Of a stretch of 64,000 bases of DNA, positions 1-10,165 are shown one piece after another; position 1 is the stretch's first letter, and every line of letters begins with the position of its first letter. The notes beneath the pieces were generated by a model. That model was not told the origin of the DNA and made no database searches. It saw nothing but the letters and a program-made list of their open reading frames with translations. Origin of the DNA: Candidatus Cloacimonadota bacterium (GTDB lineage: Bacteria > Muiribacteriota > UBA6191); the NCBI GenBank assembly GCA_023954715.1, contig JAGSHD010000001.1, forward strand, positions 492,468 to 556,467. The letters run 5' to 3'. The position numbers and the translations under genes were made by a program.

Positions 1-1
1 C

Positions 2-1195
2 GAACCCCCATTTTTAAATGTTTGGGTTACATATAACTCTGAGCAATATGAGGTCTATAAAAAACTTGTCAAAACATTTGAAGACCGACATAAAGTAACT
101 ATAAAAGTATCCAAAGAACCTCACGGGGGATTTGGCGACAAACTTTTTTATGCCTGTTCTTCAAATACTGCTCCTGATATAGCACGTTTAGATATTGGTT
201 TAGTCCCAAAATTTGCAGTAGGAAAAGCTCTTGTTCCTTTTGATGATTTAGGTATAAAAGAGCTTGAAAAAGATCTGTTTGCCTCAGCCTTAGACTCAGG
301 TAAAGTACGAGTCGAAGACGGCTCTATTAAAACCTTTGGTATTCCTGATGAATTCACTACTCTAGCCTTATTTTATAACAAGGATCTGTTTGAAGAAGCA
401 GGTTTAGACCCACATAAGCCGCCTAGATCTTGGGATGAGTTCATTGAATACTCTAAAAAACTAACAAAAGATTTAGATGGAGATGGATTGACCGATCAAT
501 ACGCTTTCGCCATGGAAAATACTCTATGGTGGTCCCTCCCATTTCTATACTCCCATGGAGCAAATATCGTTGATGAAAAAAGCCTTACCTGCTTATTAGA
601 CTCAAAAGAAGCTATTCAATCCCTTGAATTTCAATTGTCTTTACATAATAATGGTTTTGAGGCTGGATCGTGGCGAAAAGGAAGCATCACGCCAGACTCA
701 GGGTTTAAAAGCTCGAGGTTTGCTATGATTTTTTCAGGCCCATGGAACCTTGCTAACTTTTCAAGAAGCAATATTAATTATGGTGTAGCACTGATTCCTG
801 GCAACCCTGATCTTGGAATCAAAAGCACAACAAATGTTGGCGGAAATGCAAACGTAATCTTAAAGTCCACAAAATCTCCAAAGCTAGCCTTTAAGTTTCT
901 ATCATATCTTGCCTCAGAAGAAGTGCAAAAAATTCTTGTTGAAAAATTAAATGCTGTGCCAATCCATTTAGGTCTAGAGCGAAATGGTGTTAAGATGGAA
1001 TCTAAAGAATTACAGATATTTGCCGAACAAGCAAAATATGCGGTGGCTCGTCCTAAGATCCCCGGCTATGATAAGATTGAAAACATAGTAAACTCTGAGG
1101 TTGAAACTGCTTTCAATAAAAATAGGACTGCCAAAGAAGCATATCAGCGAGCGTGCAAAAAATTGGACAAAGAAGTGTTTGAAATACTCCGATAA
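2..1195 (+). CDS. Sugar ABC transporter periplasmic substrate-binding protein (solute-binding family 1), 5' partial
   Basis: Frame 2 is open from base 2 through the stop at 1195. The upstream translation (…GIPDEFTTLALFYNKDLFEEAGLDPHKPPRSWDEF…) together with the track ORF 488..1195 looks like MalE/UgpB-type binding proteins. The N-terminus lies outside the window. Confidence 0.8.
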   Translation, partial: EPPFLNVWVTYNSEQYEVYKKLVKTFEDRHKVTIKVSKEPHGGFGDKLFYACSSNTAPDIARLDIGLVPKFAVGKALVPFDDLGIKELEKDLFASALDSGKVRVEDGSIKTFGIPDEFTTLALFYNKDLFEEAGLDPHKPPRSWDEFIEYSKKLTKDLDGDGLTDQYAFAMENTLWWSLPFLYSHGANIVDEKSLTCLLDSKEAIQSLEFQLSLHNNGFEAGSWRKGSITPDSGFKSSRFAMIFSGPWNLANFSRSNINYGVALIPGNPDLGIKSTTNVGGNANVILKSTKSPKLAFKFLSYLASEEVQKILVEKLNAVPIHLGLERNGVKMESKELQIFAEQAKYAVARPKIPGYDKIENIVNSEVETAFNKNRTAKEAYQRACKKLDKEVFEILR

Positions 1196-1209
1196 TAGTA
1201 GAGGTAACA

Positions 1210-3873
1210 ATGAATTTTCGACTAATCATAATCTTATTAATGACTACCCTATGCACATATCAAATTGATGCTAGGGACAAAACTTCTCTTGAAATGCTAA
1301 ATTTAGACCCTAGTATTTTCAATCTACAAACAGTTAAATTTGATAAAGTTTCTCCGTACCCAATTCAGCAAGAATATCTTTTTAAGGATTATAGTAGTAA
1401 TCCAAACAACTTGGGCTCTTACCTTATTAACCTGAATAGCTTTGTAAATACTTTCAGCGAAAAAGAAACACTAGATAATACCAGCTCCCTAATTTATCAA
1501 ATCTTTAATAATCCCCCAAAACAATTTAACAAAAGTACTGTCGAACTCACTAAAGCATTCTATTTTTTGGTACTTCCTGAACAATTTAAAGATGCTAAGT
1601 TACTTGAGGCATTTGTAAAAAAAGTAAAAACTACCAAAACTGGTGCATATAACTGTCTTTTAACAGCCTTAATTTTAAAAAAGAAGTTAAACTCCAAAAA
1701 ACTTGATCTAAAGGTTAAAAGAGACTTTGAAGCGATACTTTTAAAAGCCGTACATGGTACCAATGCCGATGCTATGTTTTTTTACGCTCTCGGAAACTTC
1801 TATTTCAACTTCTTTAAGGATCAAAATACCTTAACCAAACTAAGGCTTATAACATTAAATTATGAAAAGTCTCGTGCTAGAGATCACCGTAATAGAAATC
1901 TATTTGTTTATATCACTTCAAAATACATTGAACTACATACCCATTATCAAGAGCATAACATCAACATGCCTTTTGCGTTTGAAGAGTTAGTATATAAAAG
2001 AGTTATCCTACTTGATCCAAAAAACCCAATGGCCCACAACAATTTAGCCGATCTCTATTCAAACCAAAATGTACAGCTTAAAGAAGCACTAAAAGAAGCA
2101 GAAATAGCCAACAAACTAGAAGAAAACAATCCATCTATCTTAGATACTCTTGGTTACTGTCTTTATAAAAATAAAAAGTTCAAAAAATCAGTAGAAGTAT
2201 TCAAAAAAGCTATTCAATTAGATCCTAGTCAAGCTATAAGCTATTTTCACTTGGCTTCGGCCTATTATGATTTGAAAAAGTTTCCTCTTGCTATTGTTAA
2301 TTTCAAAAAAGCAATTGAGTTGGAACCAAATAATTCACTGACTTTAAATAACCTAGCTTATCTTTATTCAGAGTTAAACCAAAACCTAGATGAAGCACTT
2401 ATTATGAGTCAAAGAGCTCTAAAACGCGCGCCTAAAAACCCAGCTTATCTTGACACTCTTGCTTGGATTTATTATCAACAAGGTCGTTATAAAGAAGCAA
2501 AGACTATACTTGATAAAGTTTTAGTCATAGACCCTGAGTCTGTAGAGTCAAGAGCTCATTTAGATGCAGTCGAAGCAAAATTAAACCCAAATGCAACAAA
2601 AACACCAAAAGTTGAGCATCACGATCATGATCAAGGCAGCCACCCTCAAGAAAAACAAATTTTTAAGTCTAGCTCTAAAAATGCATATGATTTACTATAT
2701 CAGTCGATACTCAATGCAAAAGACTCATATATAGCAAATAATCAAAACAATCTCAAAAAGGCAGATGTTAAAGTCTTTTATGATCAGTTAATCTCAATCA
2801 GCAGTAATCAAGGTGATTACATCAAACTCTATCAGTTTATGAAAGAGTTTGAAACACTCGATCTTAGTAAAAACACTGAAGTTAAAACAACTGAGTCTGC
2901 TCTAAGTCCTCAGTTCAACAGTTTTTATAATTTTTTTCCTGAGAAACCACAACTTTTTGTTCATGCAAAAAAATCTGCTCTTACTAAAATGTACAATAAA
3001 GCATTTGAAATTTGGTCAAAAAACTCTAAGCTGGAGATCGACCTAACATCAATTCAACAAAGAATCATACAAGAGCTCCCAAATCAATTGGCTATCTCAC
3101 TGTATAAACCAAATGCTGATACCAAACTACAAATTCTTGCTTGCTCCAAACTCACTGAACAAAAACTTCAAACCATACATAAAAATCTTGAAATCTTTGC
3201 TGGTCGTCCCATTACAATCCCAGGTAACCAAGATATCCACATAGAGATTCAATCCCTTAATCTCCATACCTATCAGGTAAAGGCTTTTGGCACTAGCATT
3301 TTTATTCATTTGAAAGATCAGCATCTGATTGTGAGCAACTCCATCGTTGCCACAAACAATCTACCTCATGATGATAAAGTATCACTTAATTCTAATGTTA
3401 GCTTTATTAACTTTCTTAAATCCGCAAAAGACTTTAAACATGAAATCAAGCTTTTTTCAGATGATTTTTCTTCTTTTAATCAGGGACTAGACAAACAAAC
3501 TTTAGCCATTATCAAAGAAGTCACAAATGATTTCAATCTCTTAGAAAACATCGCCTCTTATATAGCTTTTTTAAATTTTGATAATAATACTTTTAAAGAG
3601 CTTGAATACATAGGTGCAAAAAGTAGTGATCAAGTAAAGTCCTTAGTTCAATCTATCGAGTCAGCAAGCAAGCATATTGAGGATACTTTACTGAAAAACA
3701 ACTCCCATAAAATTACTTCTGAAATTGTAGTTAAAGATTCTATCATCGAGATTTCAACAGAAATTAGTAATTTAGATCAATTTATTCAAACTATCATAGA
3801 TAAAGTAAAATTAAATTATAAGCACATTGAAAAATTAGTAAAACCTAAAAAGGATAATAATAATGACAAATAA
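1210..3873 (+). CDS. Large secreted TPR-repeat protein (887 aa)
   Basis: N-terminal signal peptide MNFRLIIILLMTTLCTYQIDA. There are several TPR-like units in residues ~260-470 (AYLDTLAWIYYQQGRYKEA and similar). The stop overlaps the hfq start. Confidence 0.75.
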   Translation: MNFRLIIILLMTTLCTYQIDARDKTSLEMLNLDPSIFNLQTVKFDKVSPYPIQQEYLFKDYSSNPNNLGSYLINLNSFVNTFSEKETLDNTSSLIYQIFNNPPKQFNKSTVELTKAFYFLVLPEQFKDAKLLEAFVKKVKTTKTGAYNCLLTALILKKKLNSKKLDLKVKRDFEAILLKAVHGTNADAMFFYALGNFYFNFFKDQNTLTKLRLITLNYEKSRARDHRNRNLFVYITSKYIELHTHYQEHNINMPFAFEELVYKRVILLDPKNPMAHNNLADLYSNQNVQLKEALKEAEIANKLEENNPSILDTLGYCLYKNKKFKKSVEVFKKAIQLDPSQAISYFHLASAYYDLKKFPLAIVNFKKAIELEPNNSLTLNNLAYLYSELNQNLDEALIMSQRALKRAPKNPAYLDTLAWIYYQQGRYKEAKTILDKVLVIDPESVESRAHLDAVEAKLNPNATKTPKVEHHDHDQGSHPQEKQIFKSSSKNAYDLLYQSILNAKDSYIANNQNNLKKADVKVFYDQLISISSNQGDYIKLYQFMKEFETLDLSKNTEVKTTESALSPQFNSFYNFFPEKPQLFVHAKKSALTKMYNKAFEIWSKNSKLEIDLTSIQQRIIQELPNQLAISLYKPNADTKLQILACSKLTEQKLQTIHKNLEIFAGRPITIPGNQDIHIEIQSLNLHTYQVKAFGTSIFIHLKDQHLIVSNSIVATNNLPHDDKVSLNSNVSFINFLKSAKDFKHEIKLFSDDFSSFNQGLDKQTLAIIKEVTNDFNLLENIASYIAFLNFDNNTFKELEYIGAKSSDQVKSLVQSIESASKHIEDTLLKNNSHKITSEIVVKDSIIEISTEISNLDQFIQTIIDKVKLNYKHIEKLVKPKKDNNNDK

Positions 3874-4114
3874 ATCCAAAGTAAACATTCAAGACCAACT
3901 GTTATATCAAGCTCGAAAAGAGCAAACTCAATTAAAGATTTATCTACTTCGAGGACTCATGCTTCAAGGTAAAGTAGTAAGCTATGATGCCTACTCTGTT
4001 TTAATCAAAGGAATGGGTAGATATCAGTTGATATTTAAACATGCCATCTCAACAATAGACTTTCCAGAAGGCATGCAACTTGCTTATACTGAAAGTAACA
4101 AACAAGATTCTTAA
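3863..4114 (+). CDS. hfq: RNA chaperone Hfq
   Basis: Sm1/Sm2 signature: IQDQLLYQARKEQTQLKIYLLRGLMLQGKVVSYDAYSVLIKG…YKHAISTI. The ATG overlaps the stop of the upstream TPR gene (ATGACAAATAA). Confidence 0.9.
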   Translation: MTNKSKVNIQDQLLYQARKEQTQLKIYLLRGLMLQGKVVSYDAYSVLIKGMGRYQLIFKHAISTIDFPEGMQLAYTESNKQDS

Positions 4115-4127
4115 ACTGGAGACCCTA

Positions 4128-4763
4128 ATGATCAAATCATTCATCCGTACAGCAACCCCCTTATTTTTATTAACTTCTATATTTTTACCCACTTCAAGTG
4201 CAAATGATGCCCTAGCCCAAGGAAAGGCTAGCTATGCGGTTTGTGCAAGTTGTCACGGACAACAAGGAGAAGGACAAAAGTTAACCAATTCCCCTAGAAT
4301 TTCACATTTAAGCTCATGGTATTTAACATCGTCTATTAAAAAGTTTAAAACAAACGAAAGAGGTTATCATGCATCTGATACCAACGGTGCACAAATGAAA
4401 GCCATGGCAGCCCTTTTACCAAATTCAAAAGCAATTAACAATGTAGTAGCTTACATTAAAACACTTAGCTCCAAAAAAGCTTTAGATAAAATCGAAGGTG
4501 ACCCAGTAAAAGGCAAGGCACTGTACATGATCTGCTCTTCATGTCATTCTCCTGATGGTACGGGCAACGAAGCTATGAGCGCTCCACAAATCAGTGGTCA
4601 ACACGGCTGGTATATTCAAAACCAACTCAAGGCATTTAAAACTGGTTTGCGTGGGACTCAAAAAGGTGATGCTACTGGTGCTCAAATGGTTCCAATGGCA
4701 AGCACTCTTATAGATGATAAAGCCATTGCTGATGTAGTAGCTTATATACAAACTCTTAAGTAG
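4128..4763 (+). CDS. Diheme class I cytochrome c (c4-like), secreted
   Basis: Signal peptide MIKSFIRTATPLFLLTSIFLPTSSA. Two CxxCH haem-binding motifs (CASCHG and CSSCHS), each followed by a downstream Met ligand region. Start chosen at the ATG at 4128, which is preceded by GGAG. The track ORF starts at 4080, inside hfq. Confidence 0.85.
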   Translation: MIKSFIRTATPLFLLTSIFLPTSSANDALAQGKASYAVCASCHGQQGEGQKLTNSPRISHLSSWYLTSSIKKFKTNERGYHASDTNGAQMKAMAALLPNSKAINNVVAYIKTLSSKKALDKIEGDPVKGKALYMICSSCHSPDGTGNEAMSAPQISGQHGWYIQNQLKAFKTGLRGTQKGDATGAQMVPMASTLIDDKAIADVVAYIQTLK

Positions 4764-4776
4764 TCTTACTTTATAT

Positions 4777-4819
4777 AAAAAAAGAGATGTTTGACATATT
4801 GTCAAACATCTCTTTTTTT
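4777..4819. terminator. Bidirectional rho-independent terminator
   Basis: AAAAAA-AGAGATGTTTGACA-TAT-TGTCAAACATCTCT-TTTTTT. This is a perfect 14 bp stem flanked by an A-run and a T-run, between the convergent cytochrome c (+) and zinc-ribbon (-) genes. Confidence 0.7.
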
Positions 4820-4841
4820 ATGATCTGGAAATTTTTACATT

Positions 4842-5828
4842 TTAAATATATAAAACATAAAAGAAGTATATAAATGAGGCAAAAGTTAATAGTGGAGTAA
4901 TTAACTCACTACTATCCCCTGTATGATATTTTTTAAGTTCGTCACTTGGAGATTTTTGTTTAGAACTTTTCAGCGAGCTCACCCACTGATTGGACTTTTG
5001 TTGACTTAAAACCGTATTTTCAGAAGCTTCTTTACGATTTATTGCAATCTTTGTAGGTTTAAAACTAGGGCTAGCCTTTTCAACAGCTTCTACTTGCTCT
5101 ACAGGTTTTTTAGTTTCAACAACGACTTCTTCTACTTTTTCTTCTATAACTTCTTTTGGCTGAATCGCTATTTTTTTAACCGCGCTTTTAGTGTGCTCAA
5201 TTGTTTTATCTTTAGGAAACAACTGATCTAAATATGCTAAATCTTTTTCAATTTGCTTTTGCCTTTTAGCTTTAATTTGACGTTCAAGCTCTTGAGCCTT
5301 CATTTTTTCAACTTTAATCATATCAAAAGTTGCTTGCTGAGGTTTTACACCTTTAAAAGTAGGTAGCTGCTTTTGTAATAAAAGCTTTTGATCTGGATTT
5401 AAAATGGATGCACGAGATTTTTGTGGTCTAAGCTTTTCTTTAGACTCTAACACCTTAGCTGGTATTTTCAACTCCGGAAGATTTAGCTTTGGAGCACTAG
5501 CCTTTAAAGTAGACGGAGATTTTGGTAATTTATCTTGAATCTCTTTTAACACCTGTTTTTTATCAACCACTCTGTTTTGCTCTACTTTCTGTAGATCAGG
5601 AGATAAAATGCTTCCTTGATTTTGAGAGGATAAAATTCTGCTCTCATCTTGCATAGGATGTGCAATAAATTGTGATGGATTAAATGTAGCCGGCCCCTTT
5701 TTTAAACCTTTGCTTTTTGGTAGAGCTAGTTTAGGGAACCCCGATTGTAATTTCACTCCACATTGGTAGCAAAATCTAGAAGTTTCTTCGTTTCCTGTTT
5801 TACATTTTTTACATATCTTCATAATCAA
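4842..5828 (-). CDS. Zinc-ribbon domain protein with K/P-rich low-complexity linker and C-terminal TM anchor
   Basis: N-terminus is CKKCKTGNEETSRFCYQCG (C4 zinc ribbon). There is a long Lys/Pro/Gln-rich middle region. The C-terminus is hydrophobic (LITPLLTFASFIYFFYVLYI). Confidence 0.6.
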   Translation of the reverse strand: MIMKICKKCKTGNEETSRFCYQCGVKLQSGFPKLALPKSKGLKKGPATFNPSQFIAHPMQDESRILSSQNQGSILSPDLQKVEQNRVVDKKQVLKEIQDKLPKSPSTLKASAPKLNLPELKIPAKVLESKEKLRPQKSRASILNPDQKLLLQKQLPTFKGVKPQQATFDMIKVEKMKAQELERQIKAKRQKQIEKDLAYLDQLFPKDKTIEHTKSAVKKIAIQPKEVIEEKVEEVVVETKKPVEQVEAVEKASPSFKPTKIAINRKEASENTVLSQQKSNQWVSSLKSSKQKSPSDELKKYHTGDSSELITPLLTFASFIYFFYVLYI

Positions 5829-6145
5829 TCCCTATCTATATCATCAATAAGATATTTACATAAAGTAGGCGGTAAAAGCCCACTTCACACAACTCTTGTA
5901 TCGGGAGTAAATGCACAAAATGTAATGGTTTTTTGATTATTTTGTCAATAAAAAGTGACAATTTATTCTATGAGTAGTATTAGATCGTAAATTGGGATCA
6001 GTTTTATTGTAAACAAGCTGAAACTTTCAAAGTATTTTATGCGTATCTATAGTCATCTAATACAAAGAAGTTTATTTGTATAGTAAAGCTGAACTCATTT
6101 CTTTATAATGTAGCTATCTACTCTCATTAACTGTTTAGGATCGCA

Positions 6146-7066
6146 ATGATAAAATTTATATTACTACTAATGTTCTCTGTATCATTTATTCAAGCCAATG
6201 AAGTTTATAATTCTATGCTACAAAAACTAGGCGTAAATTTCACAAATGGTCAAGATCCATACATTGATCAATACAAAAATACAGATGAGTTAGTTCGATT
6301 CCCAGAGTTAATCCAGCAATCTGGTGACTATTGGTTAATTGATAACTATAGAGAAATGCGTTGGAGTAAAGAAGTCCCAAAAAATGGTTTAAAATATAAA
6401 TTTTATAAAAACATTAGCCCTAAATGGACATCTGCTTTGATAGACGTTTCTAAACTCAAATCAGTTCGTTTATACATTTTAAACTTCAGAATTGGATTTA
6501 AAAGTGTATCCTTTCCTGTTGGTCACGTTCAACTAATGTATGAGTTTGAAGATGGTGGAGTTGTTACCCCAGCAGGATCAGTAAACAATCTAGTCCACTC
6601 CTTTGAAGCCTATTTAGACTATGCACAAGACTGGAACCCAATCACTGGGATTAAAGACGAGTACGAGTCTGTTATATTACTAGGGTCTTACAAGGATTCA
6701 ATTGCTAAAGCTCTAACTCGATTTGACGAAATCAAAACATATCAATTACAGCTTTCACCCTCACAAAAAAAAGAGCTTTTAGCTAATTCTCTGAAACTTG
6801 CTGTAGATAAAGAGCAACTTTCTAAAAAATACTACCATACTACTAGAAACTCTTGTGCAACAAATCAAATCACACTTCTAAATCAAATCCTTCCACAAAA
6901 CAAAAAGATCCAAGAGTGGAGTCATATATTTGGTAAAAGGTTATTTAGAACCTTCGGCACCATACTACCAAACAGAGTCTCCAAAAAGCTAAAACGCAAA
7001 TCGCTTATTGTAAAAGACAGTAAGCAATTCCACAAAGACTTAGAAGAGCTTTATAATTCGCTATAA
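6146..7066 (+). CDS. Secreted hypothetical protein (possible DUF4105/Lnb-N-like)
   Basis: Signal peptide MIKFILLLMFSVSFIQA. The YHTTRNSCATNQI motif is reminiscent of the DUF4105 family; this is from memory only and is unverified. Confidence 0.55.
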   Translation: MIKFILLLMFSVSFIQANEVYNSMLQKLGVNFTNGQDPYIDQYKNTDELVRFPELIQQSGDYWLIDNYREMRWSKEVPKNGLKYKFYKNISPKWTSALIDVSKLKSVRLYILNFRIGFKSVSFPVGHVQLMYEFEDGGVVTPAGSVNNLVHSFEAYLDYAQDWNPITGIKDEYESVILLGSYKDSIAKALTRFDEIKTYQLQLSPSQKKELLANSLKLAVDKEQLSKKYYHTTRNSCATNQITLLNQILPQNKKIQEWSHIFGKRLFRTFGTILPNRVSKKLKRKSLIVKDSKQFHKDLEELYNSL

Positions 7067-7677
7067 TGTTGCTTTTTGTATTTTATTAGTGTTGTTTAGT
7101 TAAATTTTTCTAACCCTACTAGATATTAGAATCGATACTAATTAGTTAAAAATGGATATAATATTGCTTTTATATCCATTATAGATAATACAATCAGATA
7201 CGTAATCACTCTTACTGTTCTAATATCACTAGGGTCATTGTCTTGACTTATAACTATTCCTCTATCTGACATTTTCATTCCCAATAAATATCTCACTATC
7301 TCTCGAATAAAAACAAAATTCAAAAATAATATAAAGATCAAATGCAAAAAGCTGATACTTAATCCTAAAGAACATAGTAGGAGCAGTAATATAACTACAG
7401 ATGGTACTGTTATCATTAAATATTGTTGAATCATGGGGACTTTTTGCCTTTACAATGGTATATGTAGTCACACCTACCCTAGTAGCTCAATTTATTACAA
7501 AAATACTTGTAAATCTGCTGTATCTAATGCGGAGTATACATCGTATTCTCCGGCTACCATTCAAAATCTTCAACGTCGGAAAAGGAATCACAAATTAATA
7601 ATCGGTCCTCTGATCTGTCATGCATCAATTTAAAAGCAATAATCCAACCTTTTCTTGGCTTAACAAATTGGGATTGA

Positions 7678-8073
7678 CTACAATCCTTCAATATATTCAA
7701 GAAAATCATCCTGTAAATCTCCACTAAGAACTTGTTCTGAACCATTTTTATGTAATAACTCCAACTCACCTTCAAAACCTTCCAATGAAACACCGTTATC
7801 TAAGATGATAAAAAGTGAAGAAAGAGTATCTACGGACGTTTGCTTAATTATAGAAAATAGTATTAGTTTATCATCTTCCGATAAGCTTCTAAAAAAAGGT
7901 ATCGCTTGTTTGTAATATGGGTCTTTAATTACATCAACTTTTGTATTTTCAAAAAGATTTTTATGTAACTCTAAATTTTCTTCAACTATATTCTTATAGA
8001 TACTTTTTGTAAAATAGTTTGTACTCATGGTATTGGCTAAATCCTTACTTATTTTATTCATCTGGACTAACAT
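7678..8073 (-). CDS. Hypothetical protein (131 aa)
   Basis: 131 aa ORF immediately downstream of, and co-oriented with, the pilin-like cluster. No recognisable motif. Confidence 0.45.
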   Translation of the reverse strand: MLVQMNKISKDLANTMSTNYFTKSIYKNIVEENLELHKNLFENTKVDVIKDPYYKQAIPFFRSLSEDDKLILFSIIKQTSVDTLSSLFIILDNGVSLEGFEGELELLHKNGSEQVLSGDLQDDFLEYIEGL

Positions 8074-8158
8074 TATATTTTTGATATTTTCTACTGTTTT
8101 TTAAATACTTTAAACAGTTGTACACATAAAAAGTTAAAAATATCCTTATGGGCGGTAT

Positions 8159-10165
8159 CTAAATACTAGCCTGCAAAAAGTCCACTAATCGGATATCTTG
8201 TCCGGTTGACTTGTCTTTGAGAAACATAAACTCATCACGATTATCTGTCCCTCTAGCTAATTGAGATGACTCGGAATCTCCCCAAGTTGATTTGGTAAAT
8301 TTTTCTAAAAAATCGGCATTTGTACGTGGAAGCTTGTCTGGTGATATATGAGACATTTTAAGGTATAATTCTTCTTTCCAGGTATTTTGGGGAATATCTA
8401 CCTTTCTCCATTTTCTGGTAGCACCTCCCTTATATGGATCCATAACATGAGCATTGAAATAATAACTAAATCGATTAGACTTATGAATTTTATCCACAGC
8501 AGCTCCGACTTTTCGAATATAACTAATATCAGGCATGGAGTTTTTAAACTCATCTTTCATTTCTTGTAAGGTTAGACCTTCCCCTGTACTAGTATAGTTT
8601 TCTAATTTGCGTTGATTATTCAGATTTCTAATATGCTGTAAAGCCCTTTGTGTGAAAATCTTTACATAGGTTTTTGATGAGTCATTTTCAAATTCACTAT
8701 TATCCCAATTGATATCATTAGCAACATCTTCACCGATTAAATCAGAGATAAATTTTACAGGAGGCTCGTCACCATTACTTAAAAAACGGTCTAACTCCTC
8801 AGCGGTAGTATCATCTTGATTTTCATCACCGTCTACCCCGTTACCATCTTGTTGGTAAGGTAGTGTAACTGGGTAAGAACCTTCAGCAGAGTCAACATTT
8901 GGATCTACCTCAGGATCAGCAGCCGAACCTTGATTGGTCCCGTCCGCACTATCATCTGGTTTTGGATTTTCGTTGTCTTCATTGGTAGGGATAGTCTGAT
9001 CTTTGTTTAAGATTTTTACAACACTACTTAGTTGCACATCATCTTCACCAAAGGCGACTCTGACATTTGCTTTGTTTAAAATATCAACTAATTTCTCTAA
9101 ACTATCTACATTATTGCTGTGAACATAGTCTAATAATTTATGAGTAAAATTCATAGCATTTAAATGACCGGTTTTAGCTACATCAAAAGGTAAATTACTT
9201 GGGTCATTAATACTCATTTTAGTATCATTAGCTAGACCTCCCATTGATTGAAGCATCTCCAAAACATCCGCTTTTTTAAGGTCCTCTTGACTGATCACTT
9301 TTGTATTGAGTTGATCATTTGTACTAAGGTCTAAACCATGCAATAACGAAGCAAAGTCATGTGCTGTAGAATGATCTCCTAATGACTCCGCTCCTTGAAT
9401 CGCTTTGCTTATTTTAGAATTAGCTTTTAAGTCTATTGCTAGTCTTTTTCTTCGTAGACGTTTTCTAATCTTTTGATTAATAAAACTTAACTCTGCCATT
9501 GCAATTAACAAGTCTTTTTGAGTCTCAAAGTTAATTTCTGAAACTTTTTTAGACGCTAAAAACTGTACTAAATCATCAATCTTTGCTGGTAAATTTACGA
9601 AATCTTTAGAAAAAGTAGGATTATTAACAAACTCTAGTAATCGTCTCTTATTAATACTAGATTTATTTGTTATAAACAGTTTTGCTTTAGCATTATTTAC
9701 TGAGGGTGGAGGCGGATCATAACTCAAGTTAGCTTTTACCATAGTTATATTTTGGTTTCCCATGTGATCTTGATAGATACCTTTTGTTAACAAAAACACA
9801 TGTTGAAACTGCCCATTTACCTTGACCTCGGAGGCGAACACAGAGTAAAACCCTTTACCGCCTTCTTCAGTGTAACCATAGTCAACTTTACTAGTATAAT
9901 TCGGACCTGTGTACCACCGAGCCTCATAGTTTGTTAGAGATTGAAGTCGACTTGAATAAGTCTGAAACCCAGCCTGTGCAATATAATAAGATCGTAAATC
10001 ATGCTCAAACATCAAATCTAGTTTACGTTGAGCCCGAATCGATTGATTATATATAGCCCCAAATACTGCCGCCATAAACAATATGACTATAACAATAGGT
10101 ATAACAAAACCACGATTATTTTTATATAGGCTACTCATGAATAGCCACACTATCAAACAATTCAA
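8159..10165 (-). CDS. Large pilus/T2SS-associated protein with pilin-like N-terminal TM segment and acidic (Asp/Glu/Asn-rich) region
   Basis: N-terminus …NNRGFVIPIVIVILFMAAVFGAIYNQS resembles a prepilin hydrophobic helix. Residues ~215-290 are highly acidic (DPEVDPNVDSAEG…DGDENQDD), which is a possible Ca-binding region. It is the last gene of the pseudopilin operon. Confidence 0.6.
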   Translation of the reverse strand: MNCLIVWLFMSSLYKNNRGFVIPIVIVILFMAAVFGAIYNQSIRAQRKLDLMFEHDLRSYYIAQAGFQTYSSRLQSLTNYEARWYTGPNYTSKVDYGYTEEGGKGFYSVFASEVKVNGQFQHVFLLTKGIYQDHMGNQNITMVKANLSYDPPPPSVNNAKAKLFITNKSSINKRRLLEFVNNPTFSKDFVNLPAKIDDLVQFLASKKVSEINFETQKDLLIAMAELSFINQKIRKRLRRKRLAIDLKANSKISKAIQGAESLGDHSTAHDFASLLHGLDLSTNDQLNTKVISQEDLKKADVLEMLQSMGGLANDTKMSINDPSNLPFDVAKTGHLNAMNFTHKLLDYVHSNNVDSLEKLVDILNKANVRVAFGEDDVQLSSVVKILNKDQTIPTNEDNENPKPDDSADGTNQGSAADPEVDPNVDSAEGSYPVTLPYQQDGNGVDGDENQDDTTAEELDRFLSNGDEPPVKFISDLIGEDVANDINWDNSEFENDSSKTYVKIFTQRALQHIRNLNNQRKLENYTSTGEGLTLQEMKDEFKNSMPDISYIRKVGAAVDKIHKSNRFSYYFNAHVMDPYKGGATRKWRKVDIPQNTWKEELYLKMSHISPDKLPRTNADFLEKFTKSTWGDSESSQLARGTDNRDEFMFLKDKSTGQDIRLVDFLQASI

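Noticed and set aside
148-357. 69 aa minus-strand ORF at the window start
   Set aside because: It lies entirely antisense to the continuous ABC substrate-binding protein reading frame (2..1195) and has no motif. It is a shadow ORF.
1010-1210. 66 aa minus-strand ORF
   Set aside because: It is antisense to the C-terminus of the substrate-binding protein gene and is of low complexity.
1560-3324. Short minus-strand ORFs at 1560..1763 and 3127..3324 inside the TPR gene
   Set aside because: Antisense shadow ORFs within a well-supported 887 aa gene.
4539-4805. 88 aa minus-strand ORF overlapping cytochrome c and the terminator
   Set aside because: It is antisense to a gene with CxxCH motifs and it runs through the terminator hairpin.
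7138-7793. Cluster of overlapping 65-98 aa ORFs on both strands (7138..7434, 7262..7471, 7401..7598, 7433..7633, 7554..7793)
   Set aside because: They are mutually overlapping in an AT-rich spacer, without RBS or motifs. The hydrophobic 98 aa ORF could be a real small membrane protein but cannot be supported from sequence alone.
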